64,000 bases of DNA from a virus (Duplodnaviria; Heunggongvirae; Uroviricota; Caudoviricetes), in the IMG/VR virus record IMGVR_UViG_3300010373_001364, positions 112,116 to 176,115 of that record; one strand, 5' to 3'. Below are positions 1-9,038 of the stretch, one piece after another (the first letter of the stretch is position 1; each line of letters starts with the position of its first letter). Under the pieces are notes generated by a model. It was given only the letters and a program-made list of their open reading frames with translations. It made no database searches and had not been told where the DNA came from. Both the position numbers and the translations under genes were made by a program.

Positions 1-235
1 CGACACCTGCTTGCCGGGCTGCTACTTCTTGGAATTCAAGCTATTGCAAATGGCATCCACACCCGCGCCCCCGGTTCCGCCCTCTCCAACCCCTAGCCAA
101 ACGGGTTCCTATACAGATTTCCAGATGGGTTGTACAGCCGGTGCTGGTGTGAATTGGGTTCGTAGATATCCCAATAATGCCGAAGGCTATCTCATCCATA
201 TTGTTGACTCCCCGACATCTGAAAATGTCTTTTAA
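1..235 (+). CDS. C-terminal fragment of a gene starting upstream of the window (partial)
   Basis: Frame 2 is open from position 2 to the stop at 233-235. There is no in-window ATG (first candidate start is TTG at 11). Pro/Thr-rich, no recognisable domain. Confidence 0.25.
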   Translation, partial: DTCLPGCYFLEFKLLQMASTPAPPVPPSPTPSQTGSYTDFQMGCTAGAGVNWVRRYPNNAEGYLIHIVDSPTSENVF

Positions 236-247
236 TTTGGGGGTATT

Positions 248-1897
248 ATGACCGTATGGGACTTCATCATTGAGAGACTCCGTAAAGCCGGCGTTAGAGA
301 CGCTTTCGGACTCCCAGGAGACTATATTCTTGACTTCTACGACAAGACGCAGAACTCCAAGATCAAACTCATCACCTGTACTTCAGAATTAAATGCTTGT
401 TATGCTGCTGACGCCTACGCCAGGATCAACGGCATCGGTGTGGTGATGGCTACCTACTGTGTTGGTGGTTTTAGTCTCCTTAATGGTTTCGCCTGTGCCC
501 GCGCTGAAGAATCGCCACTTATCTTCATTTCCGGTTCTCCCGGTGTAAGGGAACGGCGGCAGGATCTTTGGCTACATCACACGGTAGCGGACACTTTTGA
601 TTCCCAGCACTATGTCTTCAAGAAGATGTCCTGCGCTCATACAATCCTCGACAACCCATCTCTGGCGGGATATGAGATTGACCGGGTGATTGATACCGTG
701 AAGGCGAAGAAGATGCCGGGGTACATCGAACTGCCCCGCGATCTGGTCAACTCTGTTATCACCTACGACTCTTGGTCTTTAGGCACACCTCCAGACCCAA
801 TGGTGAGCGATGAGGTCAATCTCCAAGAGGCGCTGACTGAAACTGTAGATTGGATCAATTCTTCTACCAGACCAGTGATCTTGGCTGGTGTTGAGATCGC
901 CCGTTACGGCTTCGGTAAGCAGTTGATTAAGTTTGCTGAGCAGAAGAACATTCCTGTTGCCACAACGCTTTTAGGAAAGAGTGTCGTTAACGAGAAACAC
1001 CCATTGTCCCTTGGCGTGTTCTGTGGTGGTTTATCAAATGATGTGGCAGAAGAAGCCATCAATAATTCCGACTGTATTATTGCTCTTGGTGTGCTGATGA
1101 CGGACGTACATTTCGGATTCACGCCTAGCAGATTGTTAAGAAGGAATATGATTCTGTCTACCTGTCATGAGATGCGTATTCGGAATCACTCTTTCAATAA
1201 AGTGACTTTTGTTGATTTCTTCAAGAATTTGATCAAGTCAGATGTCTTCGAGAGAGAAGAACACCCCCCCAGGAAGATTGATGATTCCCCCTTCCGCCCG
1301 GTGGAAGATAGGAAGTTGACGACAGCCCGTCTTTTTGAGAAAATCAGAACAACCGTCACCGATAACATGGCTATCGTTTCAGACGTGGGTGATAGTATGT
1401 TTGGGGCTGCGGATTTAGATACTGCTGCTAATCACTTTTTCTGCCCGGCTTTCTATACTACAATGGGCACCTCGATCCCAGGAGCCTTGGGCATTCAGAT
1501 TGCCGACAAGAACATTAGACCATTGGTTATAGTGGGCGATGGTGCTTTTCAGATGAATGCTCCAGAACTCAGTACCATTGGTCGTTTGGACCTGAACCCG
1601 ATTGTGGTGGTCTTAAACAACCAGGGCTACCTTACGGAGAGAATGTTCAAAGATGGTCCTTATAACGACATTGCAGATTGGAACTACCATAAGTACCCTG
1701 ATATGATGGGTCTAGGTGCTGGTGCGAAAGTGACAACAGAGGGTGAGCTTGAGGCGGCGATGAATGTTGCTTTGGCAAGCAAGACGCTTTTCGTCATCAA
1801 CGCCGTGGTAGATAAGCACGATGCTACCAACGCCGTGAAGCGGGTTATGGGCGGCTTGGCGAGGAAGGGTGGTTTCAGTAATGAAAAGAATGCATAA
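248..1897 (+). CDS. Thiamine-diphosphate-dependent enzyme of the acetolactate synthase / pyruvate decarboxylase / YerE family
   Basis: 549 aa. ATG at 248 follows GGGGG. C-terminal ThDP-binding signature IVGDGAFQMN...VVLNNQGY (GDG-x24-NN). N-terminal Pyr-domain motifs (GLPGDYIL, ELNACYAADAYAR). Length and three-domain layout typical of ALS-like enzymes. Confidence 0.8.
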   Translation: MTVWDFIIERLRKAGVRDAFGLPGDYILDFYDKTQNSKIKLITCTSELNACYAADAYARINGIGVVMATYCVGGFSLLNGFACARAEESPLIFISGSPGVRERRQDLWLHHTVADTFDSQHYVFKKMSCAHTILDNPSLAGYEIDRVIDTVKAKKMPGYIELPRDLVNSVITYDSWSLGTPPDPMVSDEVNLQEALTETVDWINSSTRPVILAGVEIARYGFGKQLIKFAEQKNIPVATTLLGKSVVNEKHPLSLGVFCGGLSNDVAEEAINNSDCIIALGVLMTDVHFGFTPSRLLRRNMILSTCHEMRIRNHSFNKVTFVDFFKNLIKSDVFEREEHPPRKIDDSPFRPVEDRKLTTARLFEKIRTTVTDNMAIVSDVGDSMFGAADLDTAANHFFCPAFYTTMGTSIPGALGIQIADKNIRPLVIVGDGAFQMNAPELSTIGRLDLNPIVVVLNNQGYLTERMFKDGPYNDIADWNYHKYPDMMGLGAGAKVTTEGELEAAMNVALASKTLFVINAVVDKHDATNAVKRVMGGLARKGGFSNEKNA

Positions 1898-2177
1898 GAC
1901 GAATGGCAACATGAGCGGTCAACACCGCCGTACCAAATGGACGAACCGGCACTTCAAAGGTCGTCCCGATGTTAGCGAACACTTCAGGAAGCTGTGGTGG
2001 GCAGACCCTGCCAGGCTCACAAACGAACAACTGTTGATCTGTCTCAAGGACTTTAAGGCTTGCGAAGCGTACTACAACGACCAAGAGAACCGTGACCGGA
2101 AAGAACGGGGCTACTGGAGAGAAAGTAGGCGTGAAGTGGAAGCCGAGATAAAGAGACGAGGGGCGACAGTTGAGTGA
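1881..2177 (+). CDS. hypothetical basic protein (98 aa)
   Basis: ATG at 1881 overlaps the end of the upstream gene. Lys/Arg-rich. No motif recognised. Confidence 0.4.
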   Translation: MKRMHKTNGNMSGQHRRTKWTNRHFKGRPDVSEHFRKLWWADPARLTNEQLLICLKDFKACEAYYNDQENRDRKERGYWRESRREVEAEIKRRGATVE

Positions 2178-2187
2178 GGAGTTTGCT

Positions 2188-2835
2188 ATGGATTTCGTTG
2201 GTCCGTACCCTTCACAGGGTTATTCAGATAGCCTGTTGACACTTACTCGGTTAGTTCAACAAGTGGCTAAGCCGGGTATGTTGTGTTTAGAAGTTGGTTC
2301 TTGGGTTGGATACAGTTCCTACCACATTGGGAAGATCGTACAGAAAAACAATGGGCTATTGTTCTGCGTGGATTGGTGGCGGGGTTCCGAAGGTGTTCCA
2401 GAACTACTGAAAGCTGCGGAAGCCAATGATATCTTTTCTTATTTTCAAACCAACATAAGGAATGCCGGTTTGGTTGATGTCGTTTTACCCCTGAAGATGC
2501 GTTCGGAACAGGCGGCTCTTATTCTGAAGGATGGCATTTTCGATTTGATCTACATTGACGGCTGTCATTTGTATCAAGAAGTAAAGAAGGACATCGCCCT
2601 TTATCAAGGTAAAGTCAAATCTCCTGGCATTCTGTGTGGACATGACTGCTTGGGTAAGTATGAAAATTTGAATGCGGATTTGATTGAGGGGAACTTGGAT
2701 AAAAACCATGTGCTATATTCAGAAGGCAGAGGATGCCATCCGGGTGTCGTAAAGGCAGTGCATGAGGCGTTTCAAAATTACGAAGTGGAAAATGAGGTTT
2801 GGTGGATCAAGAAGGATGGGGTGATAAGTGAGTGA
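2188..2835 (+). CDS. Class I SAM-dependent methyltransferase (sugar O-/C-methyltransferase-like)
   Basis: Motif I LEVGSWVGYSS, acidic end of beta-2 (CVDWW) and motif IYIDGCH. ATG 2188 lies in frame inside the longer alt-start ORF 2170-2835. Confidence 0.6.
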   Translation: MDFVGPYPSQGYSDSLLTLTRLVQQVAKPGMLCLEVGSWVGYSSYHIGKIVQKNNGLLFCVDWWRGSEGVPELLKAAEANDIFSYFQTNIRNAGLVDVVLPLKMRSEQAALILKDGIFDLIYIDGCHLYQEVKKDIALYQGKVKSPGILCGHDCLGKYENLNADLIEGNLDKNHVLYSEGRGCHPGVVKAVHEAFQNYEVENEVWWIKKDGVISE

Positions 2836-3238
2836 AGAATTGCCGATCTCTTACGAAGAGATCGTTGAAAAAGCCAACGCCTGCTTCCACAAAACTATGG
2901 CGGATGTTGAGGAGTACGATAGAAGGCGTAAGCGTGTGGTGTCTGAGGCGTGGTTTGATAAGGATGGTAGAACCCTTGGGGTTTTGACGCACTCTGATCG
3001 CTGTTTTGTGATGTACATGGACAAGGCGCGTTGTGAGGAAAGTTGGATCATAACCGACCCCATTACCAGTGAACCAGACGTGGAAATATGGTTTGACCTA
3101 GATAATGGACAGATGGACATGCACAAGAGATTCTACACCACTTCGGCAGCTATTGCTTTTAAGGTGGTGGAGCATTTTGTAAAGACGGGGGAAATGTTGT
3201 CCTCTGTTAACTGGCTAGAAGGTAACAAGGTTTCCTGA
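2828..3238 (+). CDS. hypothetical protein (136 aa, GTG start)
   Basis: ORF fills the gap between the methyltransferase and infC. GTG start overlaps the upstream stop. No motif. Confidence 0.4.
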   Translation: MSEELPISYEEIVEKANACFHKTMADVEEYDRRRKRVVSEAWFDKDGRTLGVLTHSDRCFVMYMDKARCEESWIITDPITSEPDVEIWFDLDNGQMDMHKRFYTTSAAIAFKVVEHFVKTGEMLSSVNWLEGNKVS

Positions 3239-3250
3239 AAGAAGGAGAAA

Positions 3251-3766
3251 ATGACTGCTAACCCGCAGAAGAGGTATTTGAGAGTCAATCACCAGATCAA
3301 CGTCCCACAGGTTCGTCTCTTCGTTGAAGATCAGCCTGTGGGCGTTGTCAGTATTGAAGAAGCTCGACGTAGAGCTTATGATCTGGGACTGGATCTTGTA
3401 GAAACAGTGCCTCATGCGAAACCTCCGGTATGCAAGATCCTCGACTTTGGCAAGTACAAGTACGAAGAGAAGATACGCAAGAAGGAGGAAACAAGGAAGC
3501 AGAAGACTGTTACTTCTAAGGAAATCCAATTGCGCTACTGCATTGGCGATCATGACCTTGAAACCAAAGTCAACGCCATGAAGAAGTTCCTTGAGGAGAA
3601 GCGTCAGGTTCGCATCGTTATGAAGTTCAAGAACCGCGAGATGATGTTCAAAAAGCAAGGCGAGGAGTTACTCAAGAAGGTTGCCACCATGATCGAGGAC
3701 GTTGGCACCCTTGTGCCGCCGAAGTTGGAAGGCAAGAACCTCGTCGCACAGGTGAACCCCAAATGA
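3251..3766 (+). CDS. infC: Translation initiation factor IF-3
   Basis: 171 aa. AAGGAG RBS 5 nt before ATG 3251. Sequence matches bacterial IF-3 N and C domains (INHQINVPQVRLF..., GLDLVE..., KILDFGKYKYEEKIRKKE..., KEIQLRYCIGDHDLETK..., VRIVMKFKNREM). Confidence 0.85.
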   Translation: MTANPQKRYLRVNHQINVPQVRLFVEDQPVGVVSIEEARRRAYDLGLDLVETVPHAKPPVCKILDFGKYKYEEKIRKKEETRKQKTVTSKEIQLRYCIGDHDLETKVNAMKKFLEEKRQVRIVMKFKNREMMFKKQGEELLKKVATMIEDVGTLVPPKLEGKNLVAQVNPK

Positions 3767-4110
3767 TAGACAAGAAGGTGTCTGGATTCGGCTACTGCTC
3801 ATCTTTGGGACATAAGTACGTTGGTATTTACAAAAATGCCGATGATAGGTATTATGTTAAGATCGATTACTTCCGTAGCAGTAAGACCTTCGGTAGTCTG
3901 GAGGATCAAAAAGGGCTATGGGCTTGTGTAGCAGAAGTCGAGCGGGATCTGGTCGAAATGCAGGGATTCAATGATCGACGCAAAAGTGAATCTGAAGGAG
4001 GAGGTTCTATCTGTCCAGAGCCTCCTCTACGAAAATCTATTGAAGAAGACGGGAATCAACAAGGTTCAACCGCGACAGCGCCCTCCGGGTATACTTGCGA
4101 AGATTGCTGA
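3763..4110 (+). CDS. hypothetical protein (115 aa)
   Basis: ATG 3763 overlaps the infC stop (ATGA). C-terminal third is low-complexity and overlaps the next ORF in another frame. Confidence 0.4.
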   Translation: MIDKKVSGFGYCSSLGHKYVGIYKNADDRYYVKIDYFRSSKTFGSLEDQKGLWACVAEVERDLVEMQGFNDRRKSESEGGGSICPEPPLRKSIEEDGNQQGSTATAPSGYTCEDC

Positions 4111-5314
4111 TCTTCCGCTTCACAAAATAGAAAGTTGTTTTGGTAACTTCGGCATTCAACTCAGAAAGTTGGTTGAATACTTCAACCTAGACCATCCTTG
4201 CTTACAGCCTGTCGTTGGTCTGTTCGAGCATACTACCGTCTCAGACAAGATGGAAGATATTCTGTCTTTATATGAATTAGCAAATATCTTCAATGCCCCT
4301 AACATCATTTCTTTGGTTAACAGGTCGGTCAATGAGACTCGCGTAGCCGTAGAAGTCGATAGTCTCTTGGATGAACATTTCCCCGTCCGTGCCATCGTGG
4401 ACCCAAAGGTGCGTAACGAGTTTCGTAAAGGAAGTAAGCTGGCAAGAAACGCCGGCAGCGTCTATTTCTCCGAGTTTGAAACGGATGCTGAGGGCTGGTC
4501 GAAACATCCCTCATCACTGAGATATTACATCCGGCTAAACGATGAGCCTACCGGCGATACTGAGAGGTATAAACGCATTGTCCATAGGTTTCATGAGCTT
4601 GGTATGGAAAATCAAGCCAATACTCTCCTTGCGCATCTGAATTTAGCTCTTAAAAAAAGGGAGACGTACTGTGGATTTCAGTGCGTAGACGTGGATGCTT
4701 TAATTGCTGTGATGGGGAAGGTCCACGGTTTCACCAATCACGGCAAGTCCGTTTCATTGTCGGTGGACAACAATCCGGTAATGGTGAAGTTCTTATTGCA
4801 ATCCCTTTGTCTATCGCCGAAAATACTCAAAGAGATCATGGAGTGGGTAGACGAGAAGTGGATTGTTGATGACCCCACTACGCTCCTAGAGGCTCTAGAC
4901 TGTACCGGCAACTACGGGGATTGGGAAGATGTGGTAAGGTTCATCTCTAGGAAGGGACCGTTTTTTACCTATCGGGCTAGAGCTTACATGGCATCTAACC
5001 CCATTGTTAGTAGACTTCTGTCGGTAGACACCACGGGTATTCTCGATCAGTTGGACAGATTCCATGATTACGGATATCTTCCTATCTTCGATCATTTCTT
5101 GCTACTGGTTCCCTCAGTGGGTGTAACCGATTACTTCTACAACGAAAGGCACATGGGTTTTTTCATTTTCGACGGTAAGACGATAAGAAGTTTTGATAGG
5201 AGGGAAGATGCTTCTGTCTTTTTGGACTTCTTGATGATAAAGCATCGGATGGTTTTCCCTGTTCTCATTGGTCAAAAAGATGACCAGCAGTATCCGATTG
5301 GGTATTGCATATAA
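3971..5314 (+). CDS. hypothetical protein (447 aa; start uncertain)
   Basis: Long ORF with globular-looking composition. Start could be 3971 or a downstream ATG. Overlaps the preceding ORF by up to 140 nt. Confidence 0.5.
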   Translation: MIDAKVNLKEEVLSVQSLLYENLLKKTGINKVQPRQRPPGILAKIADLPLHKIESCFGNFGIQLRKLVEYFNLDHPCLQPVVGLFEHTTVSDKMEDILSLYELANIFNAPNIISLVNRSVNETRVAVEVDSLLDEHFPVRAIVDPKVRNEFRKGSKLARNAGSVYFSEFETDAEGWSKHPSSLRYYIRLNDEPTGDTERYKRIVHRFHELGMENQANTLLAHLNLALKKRETYCGFQCVDVDALIAVMGKVHGFTNHGKSVSLSVDNNPVMVKFLLQSLCLSPKILKEIMEWVDEKWIVDDPTTLLEALDCTGNYGDWEDVVRFISRKGPFFTYRARAYMASNPIVSRLLSVDTTGILDQLDRFHDYGYLPIFDHFLLLVPSVGVTDYFYNERHMGFFIFDGKTIRSFDRREDASVFLDFLMIKHRMVFPVLIGQKDDQQYPIGYCI

Positions 5315-5327
5315 CATTTGGAGGCAA

Positions 5328-6311
5328 ATGAACATTCTGATTACAGGTGGCGCAGGCTACATCGGCAGTGTTTTGGTCGATTATATTCTTTCGCAGCCTT
5401 GGAAGGTTGCTCAGACGGGTTTTAAGGTTCCTCAAGTCAACATCAGAATCATTGACAACTTGATGTACAAACAAGACGGTTTGATTTATTTCTGTAGCCT
5501 GAAGCACAAGGACTGTTTTGACTTCATCTATGGCGATGTCCGAGACACGGATTTCCTACTCAAGCAAGCTGATTGGGCGGATGTGGTGATCCCCCTTGCC
5601 GCCATCGTGGGTATGCCAGCCTGCGAACGTGATAAGTGTGGTGCGGGTCAAATCAACCAGATGCAAGTTTTTGAACTTGCACACGCTTGTTACAAGACGA
5701 ACAAGAAGATTTTGTATCCAAATACCAACAGCGGTTATGGTCTAGGTCTTGGCACCACATACTGTACCGAAGATACACCACTGACGCCAATTAGCACCTA
5801 CGGCAAGACCAAGTGCGAAGCTGAAAAGGCGGTTCTGGATTGCGGAGGCATTGCTTTCCGCCTTGCTACAGTTTTTGGGGTATCTCCCAGGATGCGATTG
5901 GATTTATTGGTAAATGACTTCACTTACAAGGCGGTCACGGACGGTTATGTTGTGCTTTTTGAGAAGGACTTCAAGAGGAACTACATCCATGTTCGCGACG
6001 TAGCAAAGGCGTTTTGCCACATGATTACGGATTATGACCAGCACAGGGGGCAGGTGTTCAACATGGGTCTTTCAGATGCCAATTTGAGTAAATTGGAGTT
6101 GTGTCAAAAGATCAAGGAACAGGTTCCGGGTTTCTCAATCCAAGTAGATGAGATTCGTAAAGACCCGGACCAAAGGAACTACATCGTTTCCAACGAGAAG
6201 ATTGAGAAGACAGGCTGGATTCCAGAAGTCAGTTTAGAAGCAGGGATCGCAGAACTCATCAAGGCTTACAAGATCATCCCCAATGTGTCAAAGAAGTACG
6301 CCAATGTGTGA
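5328..6311 (+). CDS. NAD-dependent nucleotide-sugar epimerase/dehydratase (extended SDR)
   Basis: GGAGG RBS then ATG 5328. N-terminal Rossmann motif MNILITGGAGYIGS. Catalytic YxxxK (STYGKTK). 328 aa. Confidence 0.8.
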   Translation: MNILITGGAGYIGSVLVDYILSQPWKVAQTGFKVPQVNIRIIDNLMYKQDGLIYFCSLKHKDCFDFIYGDVRDTDFLLKQADWADVVIPLAAIVGMPACERDKCGAGQINQMQVFELAHACYKTNKKILYPNTNSGYGLGLGTTYCTEDTPLTPISTYGKTKCEAEKAVLDCGGIAFRLATVFGVSPRMRLDLLVNDFTYKAVTDGYVVLFEKDFKRNYIHVRDVAKAFCHMITDYDQHRGQVFNMGLSDANLSKLELCQKIKEQVPGFSIQVDEIRKDPDQRNYIVSNEKIEKTGWIPEVSLEAGIAELIKAYKIIPNVSKKYANV

Positions 6312-6322
6312 TTGGAGATAAC

Positions 6323-6943
6323 ATGAAGACGACAAAATATCCCCCGTCTTTCTTCTCACAGTACCGGAAGTATCTGGAAAGTCCAGAAGTCAAAAGGCAA
6401 CACCGTCGAGTCTTTGAGGCATTCCGCGCGATGGCTGAGTTGGAATTGTCTCGTTGGAGTGTTGTTGATCTAGGTTGTGGCACTTGTGAGTTTGGAAGAT
6501 ACGTTATGGATCAGGGATTGGGCAGTTATGTTGGCGTTGACTTAGATTTGTCTAATGCTGATCATTCAGTGGCGATTGCCTTGATAGAGGGCGACTACAA
6601 CAACCTGTCTGCACAAGACAATGCTTTTGTTAGCACATCCAATGTCTTTGTTAGCCTATTTTCTACCGAGGTGCATTGCTCTTTCAAGGAGAGATATGCT
6701 TTGTATGAAAGACTTTTCCAGAACGGCATGGAAGCCGCTTTGGTTGCTGGATTTGTCTACAACGCCCATCCCAACGAAGCTGAAGTGATGGAGAACTTCG
6801 GTGAGTCACACTACCAAAGTGTCGAGCCTCTCAGGTTAATTACTTCCTCTTTTGAAGAGATACGCCTTGAGTGTAAGGTGCCTGCTGGTATGTTTGAGTC
6901 GGAATTTGTAGAGGTTTGGAAAATTCTTTTGAGGCGCAAATGA
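6323..6943 (+). CDS. Class I SAM-dependent methyltransferase
   Basis: GGAG RBS then ATG 6323. Motif I VVDLGCGTCEF. Acidic beta-2 end (YVGVDLD). Confidence 0.65.
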   Translation: MKTTKYPPSFFSQYRKYLESPEVKRQHRRVFEAFRAMAELELSRWSVVDLGCGTCEFGRYVMDQGLGSYVGVDLDLSNADHSVAIALIEGDYNNLSAQDNAFVSTSNVFVSLFSTEVHCSFKERYALYERLFQNGMEAALVAGFVYNAHPNEAEVMENFGESHYQSVEPLRLITSSFEEIRLECKVPAGMFESEFVEVWKILLRRK

Positions 6944-7416
6944 AGAAGGTTAAAATCTATACCGATGGGTCTTGCTCCCAGCGTGCCTCCTCGACAGGGA
7001 AAGGTGGGTATGGCATACTCTTATTATTTGAAGATGGGGCAGAGATTGAACTCTCTGGTAATGATGCAGAAACCACCAACAACCGCATGGAGATGATGGC
7101 GGCGATTGTCGGCTTGGAGTACCTTAAAGAGACTTGCGATGTCGAGCTTTACTCTGACAGTGCTTATCTAGTTGAGTGCTTCTTGCAGAAGTGGTTTGAG
7201 AAGTGGTTTAGGAACGGTTGGATCAATAGTTCCGGCAAGCCGGTTGCCAATAAAGACCTGTGGATCAGACTGATGAAGAGTTTCAGTGGTCATAAGGTCA
7301 AATTCATCAAGGTGAAGGGTCACTCTGATGATGAGTTGAATAACAGGTGCGATGAGATCGCCAGAAAAGCAATGGAGAGGTTAGATGTTGGTGTCGTGCA
7401 TCTTAGTGAGTCATAA
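6940..7416 (+). CDS. rnhA: Ribonuclease HI
   Basis: ATG 6940 overlaps the upstream stop (ATGA). KVKIYTDGSC...GGYG start, acidic catalytic residues (DG, E in ETTNNRMEMMAAI, D in YSDS, KVKGHSDDELN...CDEIARKA) as in RNase HI. Confidence 0.85.
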   Translation: MKKVKIYTDGSCSQRASSTGKGGYGILLLFEDGAEIELSGNDAETTNNRMEMMAAIVGLEYLKETCDVELYSDSAYLVECFLQKWFEKWFRNGWINSSGKPVANKDLWIRLMKSFSGHKVKFIKVKGHSDDELNNRCDEIARKAMERLDVGVVHLSES

Positions 7417-8083
7417 TAAACCCGACCTCTGTAGTGAGGCTGTTCAGAGCGTCGTCAATCAGACCCATCAAGAATGGGAGTGTTTTGTAGTAGATAGTGG
7501 CGTTCTTTATGACCTTGGGTATTATGATTCTTTCCCTTGGTCTGCTGATGAGAGATTTAGGTTCATCCGCTCCTCCGAGACAGAAGAGACAAGGAAGACA
7601 AAGGCGATGGCACCCTGGTGCTTTAACGAGTGTTTCAGGAATGGTTTGGTGAGCGGTGAACTCGTCATGTATCTTTGTGATGATGACATCCTCTATCCTA
7701 ATGCTTTTCAGACTTTTGTCTCCTATGCGGAAAGTCGCCCCGAAGTGCTTGCAATGTACGCTTCGCAAGACATAGGGGTAATTTATCCTAACGGTTGGCG
7801 TGCAATCGTTGGGGAGAGGCGTGCAATCGGCGTTGCTGGCAAGTGTTGCAATGGAAGACCCCTGGACTGTCAGGTGGACTACTTGCAATTCTGCCACCGC
7901 CGTCGTCTATTGGACAGGATGCCCGGCAATGAGTGGTGGAGAGAAGCTAAAGACCAGCATGAAAACCATGCAGACGGCATCTTCATGGAGAGGTGTGGAG
8001 AAATCGCCCCAATCCATGCGATAGACATCAAGGTTAGTCAAAATCGTAGGACTCCTCAGAGTACCTATGTTCCAGTAAAATGA
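7385..8083 (+). CDS. Family 2 glycosyltransferase (GT-A fold)
   Basis: N-terminal ILVSHNKPD...SV.NQT region resembles GT2 starts. DxD-like YLCDDDILYPN. 232 aa. Confidence 0.65.
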   Translation: MLVSCILVSHNKPDLCSEAVQSVVNQTHQEWECFVVDSGVLYDLGYYDSFPWSADERFRFIRSSETEETRKTKAMAPWCFNECFRNGLVSGELVMYLCDDDILYPNAFQTFVSYAESRPEVLAMYASQDIGVIYPNGWRAIVGERRAIGVAGKCCNGRPLDCQVDYLQFCHRRRLLDRMPGNEWWREAKDQHENHADGIFMERCGEIAPIHAIDIKVSQNRRTPQSTYVPVK

Positions 8084-8089
8084 GGTAAA

Positions 8090-9037
8090 ATGGGTTGCGA
8101 GAAACTGAATGAAAACGAAGTTGCTGAAGTAATTACCAAAAATGTAGCACTCGAAGAAGCAAAAAAAGTCGATGAGAGGTGGTCGAAAGCCATTGAGTCT
8201 ATCGGCAAAATTAAAGATAAGTTCAAGCGTTCTTGTATTTGTCTCCTGTTGGAAAACCAGCGGTTAATGAACGAGGCTTCCACTTCTACGGAGATGAACT
8301 CTCCAGAGACTAAGAAGAAGCTCATCGATCTGGCTGCGGCGGTGTACCCTAATCTACTTGCCTGGAATCTTGTTTCTGTCCAACCCCTTGTTGGTCCTAC
8401 CGGATTGATCTATCATCTGAGTCGTAGAATTAGCCCGGTCAACAATGAACCGATGTTGACCATTGATTCTCAAGATATTGTTGCCAGGACGAGAAGGCTG
8501 AAGAGGCAGGTTTGTGACGATTTCGGTCCCAAGGATGTAGCACAGGCGGTAATCGATGACTTGGATACCGAGGTCTTGAAAGACCTGTCCAACAACTGCG
8601 CAACGGTTGGCTGCGTCAACCTGAAGGCTTACAAATCAGACAAGGCTGTTCGTTTGGCAGAGGCTTTGGAAAGTGTGATTAAAGACGCCAAGGAGAAGTT
8701 TAACGAGAAGATGTTTGAAGGATGCGAGCCGAACTGGATGGTCGTGAATGATAAACTTCACAGGCGTTTGAAGCCTGCCTTTGATTCTCTTGATCTTTGC
8801 AAAAACCTCTCTATATACCCTCACAAGGGTGTTGAGGGCGTTTTGATCGGGCGCAAGGGGGAATCTTACATGGACAGCGGTTATGTACTTTCGCCCTATG
8901 TTCCGTTCACCTTGACGCCAGCCATCAATTTTGGTATTTTCGGGTTGCTCACCCGTTACGGCAAGAAGCTGCTCCCGAATGGGGCATCTTATTACAGTCG
9001 GGTGACAGTCTTCGATGACGTTCCCGAAGAGGAGTGA
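8090..9037 (+). CDS. T4 gp23/gp24-family (major-capsid-type) protein, unusually short (315 aa)
   Basis: Strong local resemblance to the T4 gp23 N-terminal region: ENQ...NSPE and AAAVYPNLLAWNLVSVQPLVGPTGLIYHL versus T4 IPNLIAFDICGVQPMNSPTGQVFAL. Much shorter than gp23 (521 aa). Confidence 0.4.
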   Translation: MGCEKLNENEVAEVITKNVALEEAKKVDERWSKAIESIGKIKDKFKRSCICLLLENQRLMNEASTSTEMNSPETKKKLIDLAAAVYPNLLAWNLVSVQPLVGPTGLIYHLSRRISPVNNEPMLTIDSQDIVARTRRLKRQVCDDFGPKDVAQAVIDDLDTEVLKDLSNNCATVGCVNLKAYKSDKAVRLAEALESVIKDAKEKFNEKMFEGCEPNWMVVNDKLHRRLKPAFDSLDLCKNLSIYPHKGVEGVLIGRKGESYMDSGYVLSPYVPFTLTPAINFGIFGLLTRYGKKLLPNGASYYSRVTVFDDVPEEE

Positions 9038-9038
9038 A

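Noticed and set aside
3215-3658. 147-aa minus-strand ORF
   Set aside because: Antisense to infC, whose product is unmistakably IF-3.
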